Assembly: GCA_963810095.1 (NCBI GenBank)
Contig: CAWEMM010000009.1
Location: 544,001 to 608,000 of the forward strand
Source of the DNA: an uncultured Chloroflexia bacterium
GTDB lineage: Bacteria; Chloroflexota; Anaerolineae; CG2-30-64-16
Direction of reading: 5' to 3'
DNA length: 64,000 nt
Shown: one piece after another, positions 19,882 through 28,743 of the stretch
Layout of the letters: each line of letters starts with the position of its first letter
Numbering within the stretch: the first letter of the stretch is position 1
Made by a program: the position numbers and the translations under genes
Notes under the pieces: model-generated
Databases searched by the model: none
What the model saw: the letters and a program-made list of their open reading frames with translations, nothing else
What the model was told of the DNA's origin: nothing

Positions 19882-20482
19882 TTACTTGAGGGCGGGAATG
19901 AAACCGGCGACCAGCTCGCCGACTGTCTTCAGCATGGCCTGGCGGTGCGCCTGGGCCTGCTCGACCGTCTGCAGGTGGATTTGCCAGAGCGCTTGGTCGA
20001 TCTGCCCGGCGTCGACGGGGACGACGACCTGGGTGTCGCCGTCGAAGTCGATATAGGTGAGGGCTCGCTGCTGTGCGAACTCGAATCCATTGGCGCCGTC
20101 AGGCCGGACTTCCTCGATGCGCTCCGAGACGTAGGTGCGCACCTCGAGGGTCGAAACATCGTCGGCAAAATCGACGATCTTCGTGCCGAGCGTCTCCAGT
20201 GCGTTCCGCAGTTTGTCCAGGACCTGCTGGAACGGGCCGGTCTCCGCCGCTCCGTCTTGCCGGCCCCCGCCGAAGAAGTCGCCGAGGCCGCGTGCCGTGA
20301 CGCCTTCCATTGCCAGGTCAGGCGACGCCAGCGCGGCGGACGGCTAGCACGGTGATCGTCACATGTCCCTGCGGTCCAACCTGCACGGTGACCGGGCCGC
20401 CGGCGGGTGCGGGTTGAGCGAAATCGGGAGGCACCTCGGGTGCGGGCTCCTTGGACGGGTCAGATCCTGCGGCGCTAGGCAT
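19882..20482 (-). CDS. Hypothetical protein, paralog triad member 1 (probable frameshift near 20340)
   Basis: GGGAGG RBS before ATG 20482 (MPSAAGSD...); C-terminal part has ALTYIDFDGD and HLQTVEQAQAHRQAML. Confidence 0.75.
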
Positions 20483-20512
20483 GCAAACCTCCCTCTGCGA
20501 TAGCTGTAGCGC

Positions 20513-20523
20513 ATTATACCACA
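20513..20523 (-). promoter_or_regulatory. Extended -10 promoter for the paralog triad
   Basis: Minus strand TGTGGTATAAT about 30 nt upstream of ATG 20482. Confidence 0.6.
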
Positions 20524-20701
20524 GCGTAACAAGTGCCGTGATTGAAATTCGTGCATCTCTTGCGCTGAGTTTATGCCGTATTCGCACGGCCCTCCGCGAG
20601 TGACAACGCGCACGGCCGGGTCCCGGACGCGGATCGCCGGCGGCATTCCTCCGCCGGCGATCGCCCGTTCAACCCATCAGCTCCAGATCGACCCGCTCAC
20701 C

Positions 20702-21495
20702 TCACTGACCTACGACGAACTGCACCGGCGGGCTGCCTGCGCCCCCGGACGCCCCAACGCCAAGGGTGGCCAGGATCCGGTGGTTGCCATCGCGCAGCGC
20801 ATCGATGGCCTGCAGCTGTGCCAGTTGATCGTTAGTCTTGCCGCAATCCAGTGCGTTGCTCAGCATTTCGATCTCTGCCAGCGCGGGCTGCGGCCACGGT
20901 CCTGAGTTCCTGCGCGCGGGCCTCGGCCGCGATCCGGGCTTGTGCAACCGTGGGCGGGGGGACGATAATCAGCTCCAGGCTTTGCACCGCCACGCCCAGG
21001 TCCGCGACCCGGCGCTGCAGTTCTTCCTGAAGCAGCGCCTGGAACCCGTCGGGGTGCTGCATGATCTGGATTAAAGTGTCGAGGTCATACCGGCTCAGCG
21101 CGGCCCGCACCGTCAGTTTAGCCTGCGTCTCAACGGTCGGCGACGTATTGCCCAGGAAAGGCAACACCTGCTTGAGGTCGATCTGCGCCAGCCTCTGCCG
21201 GGTCTGCTGCCAGCCGACAACCACGGTCACCAGGGCAGACAGTCCTTCGCGCGTCTGCAAGTTCAGTCCATCCAGAAGCGTGCGCTGAGGATGGAGGTCG
21301 AGCAACTGCACGTCGTCCAAACCCGGCACTCGGAGGTACCAGGCCGGGCCGGGGCAGAGGTAGGTGGCACGCCCACTCGTGCGCTCGCGCAGGATCACTG
21401 CTTCCATATCCTGCGCCGCGCCGGACGGTGAGCGCTGCGATGAGGGCCGGAAATCCAACCGCGACGAGAACCAGCAATGCGGGCCAGGTATCCAT
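20702..21495 (-). CDS. SPFH/Band 7 (stomatin-like) membrane protein (frameshifts near 21420 and 20880)
   Basis: N-terminal TM helix; EAVILRE, QTREGLS, VRAALSRYDLDTL, LGVAVQSLEL..PP, AAEARA coiled coil. Confidence 0.65.
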
Positions 21496-21520
21496 GTTCT
21501 GTCCCTCCTTCTAGGCGGGA

Positions 21521-21540
21521 TGTTAGACAATTGGACAGCT
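21521..21540. promoter_or_regulatory. Candidate GntR operator, left
   Basis: TGTTAGACAATTGGACAGCT (tandem TTRGACAR), just downstream of the leftward -10. Confidence 0.55.
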
Positions 21541-21542
21541 AT

Positions 21543-21571
21543 ACTGTATCATGTCCTTGTATTAAAGTCAA
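21543..21571 (-). promoter_or_regulatory. sigma70 promoter of the SPFH gene
   Basis: Minus strand TTGACT-17 bp-TACAGT with TGn extension. Confidence 0.7.
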
Positions 21572-21578
21572 TAGGGTC

Positions 21579-21607
21579 TTGACACTTCCGTCGACCCGGC
21601 GTATACT
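21579..21607 (+). promoter_or_regulatory. sigma70 promoter of the GntR operon
   Basis: TTGACA (21579)-17 bp-TATACT (21602). Confidence 0.8.
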
Positions 21608-21617
21608 CGTCGGCAAT

Positions 21618-21635
21618 AGGTCCAGCTGTCCAACA
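21618..21635. promoter_or_regulatory. Candidate GntR operator, right (inverted)
   Basis: AGCTGTCCAA (21624-21633) is the exact reverse complement of TTGGACAGCT (21531-21540); minus strand reads TGTTGGACAGCTGGACCT. Confidence 0.55.
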
Positions 21636-21646
21636 TGGAGTGGCGT

Positions 21647-22414
21647 GTGGCAAACAACATTAAGTACCAGGACATCAAGACGTTAATTCGCGAGGAAATC
21701 CTGACCGGGCGCTTTCCGCCGGGCAGCCAGCTCCCGTCTGAGCCGCGGCTGGCCGAGCGGTATCGGGCCAGCCGGGGGACCATTCGCGAGGCGCTGCGCG
21801 AGCTGGAGCAGGATGCTGTGATCGCACGCCGGTCGGGGATCGGGACGATCGTGCTCCGCCTGCCAAAGAGCGCCCTCATCACGTCCTTCACCGAGCAGGT
21901 GCGGGCGCGGGGCATGACCCCATCGACGACGGTGCTGAGTGCCCGCCGGATCGTGGCGGCCCAGGCACGCGGACGCGCCTGTGAAGCGTATCTGCTCAGC
22001 CCGGAACAGGCTGCGGTCACCGAGGTGTACGAGATCAACCGCCTGCGTTGTGGCGACAGCCAGCCGCTCGCACAGCAGATCACCTATCTGCTGGCGGCCG
22101 ATTTCGGCCGCGACTTGCTCGAGGAGGAGGACTTCACCGGGAGCCTCTTCCAGCTGTATGCTCGCTATCGGCGCCGGGTGGCGTGGGCCGACGAGATCGT
22201 GTCGGCCCGGCCGGCCACTTCCATCGAGACCAAGACATTAGGCATGGCCGACATCAAGCCTTCGCAGCGGATGGTCTATCAGCGCCAGCGTATTTCCTAT
22301 GACGCCGATAACCAGCCGCTCGAAGTCCTCCTGTCGATCGACCGCGCCGACTTTTTTCAGGGCTACCGCTTTCGCATCATGGAAGAGGACCCCATCACGG
22401 CCCCGGCCGCATAG
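21647..22414 (+). CDS. GntR family regulator, HutC/UTRA subfamily
   Basis: LPSEPRLAERYRASRGTIREAL..L..G.GT wHTH; SFTEQV, RLR, SLF..,D...PLE UTRA features; GGAG RBS before GTG 21647. Confidence 0.92.
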   Translation: MANNIKYQDIKTLIREEILTGRFPPGSQLPSEPRLAERYRASRGTIREALRELEQDAVIARRSGIGTIVLRLPKSALITSFTEQVRARGMTPSTTVLSARRIVAAQARGRACEAYLLSPEQAAVTEVYEINRLRCGDSQPLAQQITYLLAADFGRDLLEEEDFTGSLFQLYARYRRRVAWADEIVSARPATSIETKTLGMADIKPSQRMVYQRQRISYDADNQPLEVLLSIDRADFFQGYRFRIMEEDPITAPAA

Positions 22415-22455
22415 GGCTTCAGGTTAGACACGCGCGACTCAGGGAAGGAGGGCAC

Positions 22456-24743
22456 ATGACGAACACATCGAGCGACAAGCTCCTTCTGGAACCCGACCCG
22501 GAACTGACCGAGGCCCTGGATCAGATCGCCAGCATCGGCGCGCGCGACATTGACCGCAAACAAGCCGTGCGCGAGATGGCCGAGATCGCCCGCCGCGGCC
22601 TGCGGTCAGAGGCGTGCCTCATTCTGTTGGTCGACCACAGCACGGGTGCGGTAGAGCACCTCGAGTGCGTGGGCAACCCGGAGGTGCAGCGCCACCTGTG
22701 CGACCGTCGCATGCGCTGGGGGCCCCTGCTCTCCCGGGCCGGCGGCGGGCGGGCTGCGCCCGCTGAGCCGATCGAGCGCCTGGGTCTGATCGAGGAGGGG
22801 TTTGGGGTGCTCTTGCCCCAGGTTGCGCGACAACACCGGCTGCACGCGCTCCTCGCGCATCCGCTGCTCGATGACCGCGGGCTCTTTGGCTACCTGGTTC
22901 ATTTCAGCCCCCGCAACGCGTTTTCAGAGCCGGAGCGCCGCCTCGCGACGGTGATGGCACGGCATATCTCGAGAACCTTCGAACGGTTGGAGAACCTGGC
23001 GAGCCGCCGCAGCCTGCAATGGCTCAGTGCAGGGATGCAGAAGCTGGCCGAGGCCGAGAGCGAGGATCAACTCCTGGAGATCCTGCTGCAGGTGGGCATC
23101 GACCTGGCTCATGCGCCGCGCGGCACCGTGGAGCTGCTGGACACTGCGACCGGCGAACTGGCCATCGTCCGCCAGGAGGGGGGGCAGCCCACCCAGCGCA
23201 AGCTGGCGCAGGGCCAAGGCATTGCCAATGTCGCGCTCCAGGAGGAGCGGCCCATTATCGTGGACGACGTGACCCAGCCTCCTTGGTCGGCCATCTTCGT
23301 CGAGCACTGGTCTGACACCCGCGCCGAGTTGGCCGTTCCGATAGTAGTCACGAGTGCCGCGGTACGCCGCGGCCTCGACGTCGTACCGCGTCTCGGCCGT
23401 TTGGCGTGCTCAACCTGGAGAGCCCCGATGTCGGCGCCTTCACGCAGACCGACGCGGATCTGCTCTGGTCGCTCGTCCGGCACGGTGCGGTGCTGTACGG
23501 CCACTTGCAGGCCGAACGCAAAGCGCGCGAGCTGGGTGCCGTGCACCAAAAGATCCTGGACAACGCCGACTGGAACGAGACGATCGACATTATGATGAGC
23601 GCGGTCAACACGATCCTGGGCTATCCCTACATCAACATCTCGCTCGTTCACCAGGACATCGGCCGAATCCGGACCGAATACCTGTTGGGTGTGCCGCCTG
23701 CCGACATAGAACGCTTCCGCACCCTTGCCGACCACCCGCTCGACAGCAACGATATTCAGGCGCACATCTATCGGGACCAGCGTATCGAGGCGCCGGAGCC
23801 CGACGACGAGCGCCTGGACCCGATAGTCGTCGCCGCGTTTGGCCAGGCCGACCTCGTGCGCGTCTTTCTGCCCATGATCGCACCGTCGGATCACCGGGTC
23901 ATCGGCACGCTCGAAGCCGGTTTCAAGCGCAGCCGGCACCGCCAGTACATCTATGAAGAAGATGTCCAAATCCTCAAGGCGTTCATCGACTACACGGCCT
24001 ACGCGCTGGACAAGCGCCAGGCCTACATCCTGGACAAGATCGGCCACGAGTTCCGGGCGCCGCTCGCCGGCATCCGCAACAACGCGCACGAGATGCAGCG
24101 CTACATGCACACCATGAACGCAGATGTCATCCACCACAAGTTCGACGACATCATCACCGACTGCGAGATTCTGCTTTCGCAGCTGGCCGAGCTCGAGCAC
24201 ATCCTGGGCAAGCCGCCGCCACCACCCAAGATCGCGCGCACTCTGGTGTTTCGCGACGTCGTGATCAAGACCCTGCGCCAACTGCAGCCGGAACTGCGGC
24301 ACCGCGGCCTGCGCGCGTTCGACTACGACCCCAACGATATCCTCAGGCTCGGTATCATGTACGTCGACAAGACGCGCCTGGGCCAGGTCTTTCTTAACCT
24401 GATAACGAATAGTATTAAGTACGCAGGACCGAATAAGGCGGAGTTCCGGGGTAAGGTGGAAGTGCAGGCCGATGAGTCGGGCCAAGCCTGGCTAGTCAAG
24501 GTGCAGGACTGGGGCATTGGCGTGGGCGAGGAGTACAGGGAGGCGATCTTCCTGGACGGCGTCCGCACGCCCGAGGCGAAGCACTGCGATCCGACCGGTT
24601 CGGGGCTGGGGCTGACCATCTCGCGCCAGATTATGCGTGAGATTGGCGGCGACCTGACCCTAACTCACATGTCCAAGCCCACCGAGTTCGTTGTCCGCTT
24701 GCCGAAAGCGCTTGCTCGCAAGCCCGAAGGAGATTTGCGATGA
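22456..24743 (+). CDS. Cytoplasmic multi-GAF sensor histidine kinase (frameshift near 23400)
   Basis: Three GAF-like repeats (e.g. GQGIA..A..ERPIIVDDV, ELAVPI, VLNLESPDVGAFT); IGHEFRAPL H-box, NLITNSIKY, DWGIG, GSGLGL; no TM segments. Confidence 0.9.
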
Positions 24744-25168
24744 TCTACATGGTCGACGATGAACCCAGGTATGTGGTGACGTACCTGAAGGAACTGGAGC
24801 GCCGGGGCTACAAGGTGCGTCCCTTTGATTCCGTCGACGCGGCGTGGGCCGCGCTCCAAGCCGACCTGGAGCAGGTCCAGCTGGTCATCCTGGACATCAT
24901 GATGTCGTCGGGCGAGCAGTACTCGCCCGACGAGACGCAGCACGGCCTGCGCACCGGCGTGCGCTTCTACGAGGAAGTGCACGCCCTGGCGCCCCGGCTG
25001 CCCGTCGTCATGCTCACCAACGTGACCGACAGCAAGCTGATCGAGCGGTTCCGCAGCGTGGGGATTCCCTGGTTTCCCAAGTACGAGACATTCGCCGATG
25101 AGCTTGGCGACTGGGTCGACGCACTGTTCGAGGAAGAGCGAGCGCGGCAAGACGAGGTGCGATCATGA
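24740..25168 (+). CDS. Single-domain response regulator
   Basis: VDDE, ILDIMM (phospho-Asp), LT, PK; ATGA overlap with the kinase stop. Confidence 0.9.
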   Translation: MIYMVDDEPRYVVTYLKELERRGYKVRPFDSVDAAWAALQADLEQVQLVILDIMMSSGEQYSPDETQHGLRTGVRFYEEVHALAPRLPVVMLTNVTDSKLIERFRSVGIPWFPKYETFADELGDWVDALFEEERARQDEVRS

Positions 25169-25944
25169 CGCAGCCGGATGCTTCACGCGACCTGAGGCTG
25201 CCGCTGGCAGGCCGGGAGCCGGCCGGTGGCTATGCCGGGCAGCACTCCTGGCCGGGCGCAACTAAGTCGCCGCGACGGCGCGACCCGGTCCTGCGCGAGG
25301 AGGAGCTCCGGCGCATGAACGATGCAGAGCGGAGCGAGCGCTGGAACACGCTTCAGAATCCGCCTGACAAAGAGGCATTTATCCAAGCCGTCTGGTACTT
25401 CCTGGCGCGCTGCTGCGCGGCCGACGTTCCGCTCCTGCGCCAGGTCCGGGAGCATCCCCCTGCGTTCGCGGATAAGGACATCCGCCTCCAGATCGATCGG
25501 GCGCTGACCCACGCGTTGGCGCTGCGCGCTCAGCTCTGGCGCGAGACGCTTCGGACGCAAACGCCGGGTTGGCACGAGAGTGGGCCACTCCTGCAGTTGA
25601 TCACACAAGCGGAGCGGGACGAACTGCCTCAACTCCGCGAACTGGTCGAAACAACCCAGGCGAGCGGCATCTTGCGCGCGCCTGCGCTCCAGCGGATCGC
25701 GACGATCGATGCGACGTGGGACACGCTCGCGCTCCTGCGCCGCCACAGTCTTTACCCCCACGAGCCGGATGAGGCAGTGCGCGTCCGGGCCATCGAGTTC
25801 CATCGCTGGCTGCGCGCCCAGTTCGTGCTCCAGCTTACGGAGGCGGAGAAGGTTGAGGGCCCCTATGCGTGGCATTTCGAGCCGCGCGACCCGTCCGAGG
25901 ACCCTTCTCCTGCCGTGCAGTTTCTGCTCGCTACCGGCCAATAA
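25165..25944 (+). CDS. Hypothetical helical (HEAT-like) protein
   Basis: ATGA overlap with the response regulator; DVPLLRQV, ELPQLRELV, EPDEAVRVRA; alternative start 25315. Confidence 0.6.
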   Translation: MTQPDASRDLRLPLAGREPAGGYAGQHSWPGATKSPRRRDPVLREEELRRMNDAERSERWNTLQNPPDKEAFIQAVWYFLARCCAADVPLLRQVREHPPAFADKDIRLQIDRALTHALALRAQLWRETLRTQTPGWHESGPLLQLITQAERDELPQLRELVETTQASGILRAPALQRIATIDATWDTLALLRRHSLYPHEPDEAVRVRAIEFHRWLRAQFVLQLTEAEKVEGPYAWHFEPRDPSEDPSPAVQFLLATGQ

Positions 25945-26001
25945 GCCCCGACGGCTTGCTCACATCGACCTATTGCTTCGCATCTGCCGGCTGGAGGCAC
26001 C

Positions 26002-27909
26002 ATGGCGCGCAAGCCCCTTATCGAGATCGACGCCTTGCTCTCTTCTGACGAGCACATCGCTGCCGCGCAGATCAACGGGCGGAAGGCCCTCGAGCAAGAG
26101 CTGCGCGGTTCCTCTCTGGCCAGCGTGGCCGACCGGGTTGTCGACGCGTGGCAGCGCAGGTTCCTGAGCCTGCTGCGGCTCACCGGCTTGCGCATGCAGG
26201 TGGAGGAGTTCCCTCCCGCAGGCTTGGCCGCGTTTCGAGCGATCAAGGACTACGTCGTTCCGGAGCGGGAGGTCGACGCCCGCTTTCCCTGGCTCAAGGC
26301 CGGCTGTGACGGGAACGACGCGGGCCAGCAATTCCTGGCCCAGGCGTATGCCGAGTACGTGCTGGAGCGTAACAAGGCTCGCACCAAGGTGCTGATCCCG
26401 CGACTGGGCAACTGCGAGCCCGCCCTGCGCACGCAGTTGCAGCACTGCCGCAGCACCTTGGGGGGCCAGGCGGGCAACATCGTGACCCTTTGGCGCCTCA
26501 TGGGCGGCGCACCGCGGCTGTTCATTCCGATGCGCTCCAGCGGCGTAGTGGCGGCCGCCGCAGAAGTCGGCGGCATCGACGACGTGACTTGCTGCATCCT
26601 GGAGGATGGCGTGGCACGGGAGGAGCCGCTGCACAGCATGCGAACCGGCATTCCCGACCGCGGGGGCCGCGTTCACGAGGCTCCTTCTGGCGCCAGCATC
26701 TGCGTGCCCTACCGCGGCTGCCGGCAACTGTGGATGTTTGACGGTTTTCGCAATCCCTTTGCCCTCTCGGTCGACGACATGCCTTTCCGGCAGCTCGAGA
26801 TCTGGGTTGGCGACCGGCTGCTGGGAGGGCCTTTTGCGAACGAAGCCGCCCGCACAGACCTTGTTTGGCCCCACATCTGCCTGTTCGGCGAGACCTACGT
26901 CGAGAATGACCGCCTGGTCATCCGGCTTGCGACAGGGGACGAAGTGGCGGCTGCCTTCGCAAACGGGCCGGCAGCGGCCGTGTTGGGTGGCTTTGACGCG
27001 GTCTACAAGGACAAGTGGTTGGCCGGGCAGGCCGGGCTGATCGACCAGTTGGAGGCGGTCGCCCTCGAGCAGTTGCGCGGGCTCAAGCGGCAGCACATCA
27101 GGATCGGCGTCGAGATGAGCGCCGGGCCCTCGGACAGCTATCTCCGCTTCCTGATGCTCGCCTGCCGGGAGGGTCTGATCGACGCGGTCGGCGCGAACGG
27201 CGAGGAGAAGAATGAGCTGCCTGCGTTTGTGCGTCAGCTGAGTGATCTCGATCCGACCGCACTGCCTACCGAGCTGGCCGCCGAAGTCTTGGCGCAGGGG
27301 GACAGTATGGACCCCGACCGCCTGGCCTTCTTGCGCGCGCTGGTGTTTGCGAAGACCCTGCAGATCCCAACCCTCTACATTCACACCACGAAGACCGATC
27401 TCATCCTGTGCCGTCGCTCCCCCGTCGAACCGGAGAGCGGCGAGCGCAGCCCCGGGGCCACGTCGCGCGACCTGGCGGCGTTGCAGAGCGCCCAGGCTTC
27501 GGCGATGGTCAGCAAAGGGTTGGGCATCGGCGGATTGCTGTGGCGGAACTACGGGGCGGAGTGGAAAGCCGGACTCACGCGCCTGCCATGCGCGGTAAAG
27601 CCAGACGCGTACGTGTCGCTCAAAAAGTTGGTGTGGGCGCTGCCGGTCCGGCAGCCCCTGCCTGAAGCGGTGCTCCTGGAGCGCCTGGCCTCCGGCCTGA
27701 TTCCCGACGTGGACGAAGAATACGGGCTGGCCCTCCTGCCCGTACTGTGGCCCTCGCCCGAGGTCGAGAAGAGCGAGTGGGGCCTGCCCGACGACTTCAA
27801 CTCTACGGGCGCCGGCGACATGGCTTTCGGCGCATTCTTCCTGGTGCAGACCGAGGGACTCCATTCGTGGACACCTACGCTCGAAACCGCGCAACCAGTT
27901 ATGGCCTGA
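26002..27909 (+). CDS. ADP-dependent glucokinase/phosphofructokinase-like protein (ribokinase fold)
   Basis: GGAGG RBS; LGGQAGNI (cf. MGGQAGI), GVEMS, DAVGANGEE (cf. DSVGLNEVE), LYIHT (cf. IHFHT), STGAGD (cf. TVGIGD anion hole). Confidence 0.7.
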   Translation: MARKPLIEIDALLSSDEHIAAAQINGRKALEQELRGSSLASVADRVVDAWQRRFLSLLRLTGLRMQVEEFPPAGLAAFRAIKDYVVPEREVDARFPWLKAGCDGNDAGQQFLAQAYAEYVLERNKARTKVLIPRLGNCEPALRTQLQHCRSTLGGQAGNIVTLWRLMGGAPRLFIPMRSSGVVAAAAEVGGIDDVTCCILEDGVAREEPLHSMRTGIPDRGGRVHEAPSGASICVPYRGCRQLWMFDGFRNPFALSVDDMPFRQLEIWVGDRLLGGPFANEAARTDLVWPHICLFGETYVENDRLVIRLATGDEVAAAFANGPAAAVLGGFDAVYKDKWLAGQAGLIDQLEAVALEQLRGLKRQHIRIGVEMSAGPSDSYLRFLMLACREGLIDAVGANGEEKNELPAFVRQLSDLDPTALPTELAAEVLAQGDSMDPDRLAFLRALVFAKTLQIPTLYIHTTKTDLILCRRSPVEPESGERSPGATSRDLAALQSAQASAMVSKGLGIGGLLWRNYGAEWKAGLTRLPCAVKPDAYVSLKKLVWALPVRQPLPEAVLLERLASGLIPDVDEEYGLALLPVLWPSPEVEKSEWGLPDDFNSTGAGDMAFGAFFLVQTEGLHSWTPTLETAQPVMA

Positions 27910-28531
27910 CCCTGGTCGCAGGCCGGCCGCTGCCCCCTGATCTGACTGCCGCCGTGCTGCAGCTGCAGCATGACGTCGAACAGGAGGTCCCCGGCTGGTT
28001 TGAATGGTACGCGGCCGGGAGTCTGCACGTAACCCTCGCCGCGCCCTTGCGCGGGCGTTATCGGGCCGCACCACCGCTCCGGCGCTCAGAGCTGCCCGCG
28101 GGGCTGTCCGAGTTCTTCGACGGGCTCATCCTGACCTGTGCCGCGCTTCCCGCTCGAACTCTCCGCGGCCGGGGCGCATCTCACGCACCGTTCCCTGCTG
28201 GTAGACATCGAAGGCGGCAAAGAGCACAAGGCGCGCTTGCGCGAGCTGATCGGGCGCACGCCGGGATGGGATGCGCCCAAGGGGCCCCTCGGGCGGCTGC
28301 ACCTGTCGGCCGGTTATCTGGTCCCGGGCGTTGACGAAGCGCGCGGGTGCTCACGTGGCGCCCGTTGCCCGCGCCTTGCCCGTGGCAAGCGCCATGGTCG
28401 ACGAGGTCGCGCTCGTGCACTACGCCAACCGGACCCTCGCGTCGATCGTCGGCGAGGTGCGCCTGCCCCTCGGCGGTGCGCACATCGGCTCCGAAACGTC
28501 ATTCCTCGCCGCGCTGCAAATAGCGGGCTGA
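27867..28531 (+). CDS. 2H phosphoesterase family protein (frameshifts near 28145 and 28340)
   Basis: GAGGGA RBS and GTG 27867; SLHVTLA and RLHLSAGY HxT/HxS motifs; VDEVALVHY C-terminal strand. Confidence 0.65.
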
Positions 28532-28590
28532 CGCGAACCGGGCAGCACCAAGCGGATCCACGGCGTGCATTCTTGCGCCCGTTGCACTAA

Positions 28591-28706
28591 ACTGATCTGA
28601 AAATGGGACGCTGATGCAACTGATTGAACTGATCTGCTCTATTCTTTGGGCAGAGATCGTGGTAACCGGTCCGATCCTTCCAATCAGTGTCCCATTTCAG
28701 ATCAGT
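28591..28706. repeat. Family A MITE/REP-like element with ~24-bp terminal inverted repeats
   Basis: ACTGATCTGAAAATGGGACGCTGAT...ATCAGTGTCCCATTTCAGATCAGT. Confidence 0.8.
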
Positions 28707-28743
28707 CTAGGATCGGTGGGGTAGGCGGAGGGAGTACGAAACG

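Noticed and set aside
18723-20482. Gasdermin or gas-vesicle identity for the paralog triad
   Set aside because: The size and helix-rich C-terminal pattern do not fit gasdermins, and GvpA motifs (LDKG, IEAR) are absent.
18723-21495. Paralog triad as necessarily co-transcribed with the SPFH gene under GntR control
   Set aside because: A ~220-bp gap contains its own extended -10 promoter; linkage is possible but not supported by the sequence alone.
25960-28074. 704-aa minus-strand ORF and many other long antisense ORFs (e.g. 23109-24485, 32982-34283, 44215-45342, 47805-49178, 51481-52887)
   Set aside because: Shadow ORFs opposite motif-bearing genes in GC-rich DNA; no recognisable motifs.
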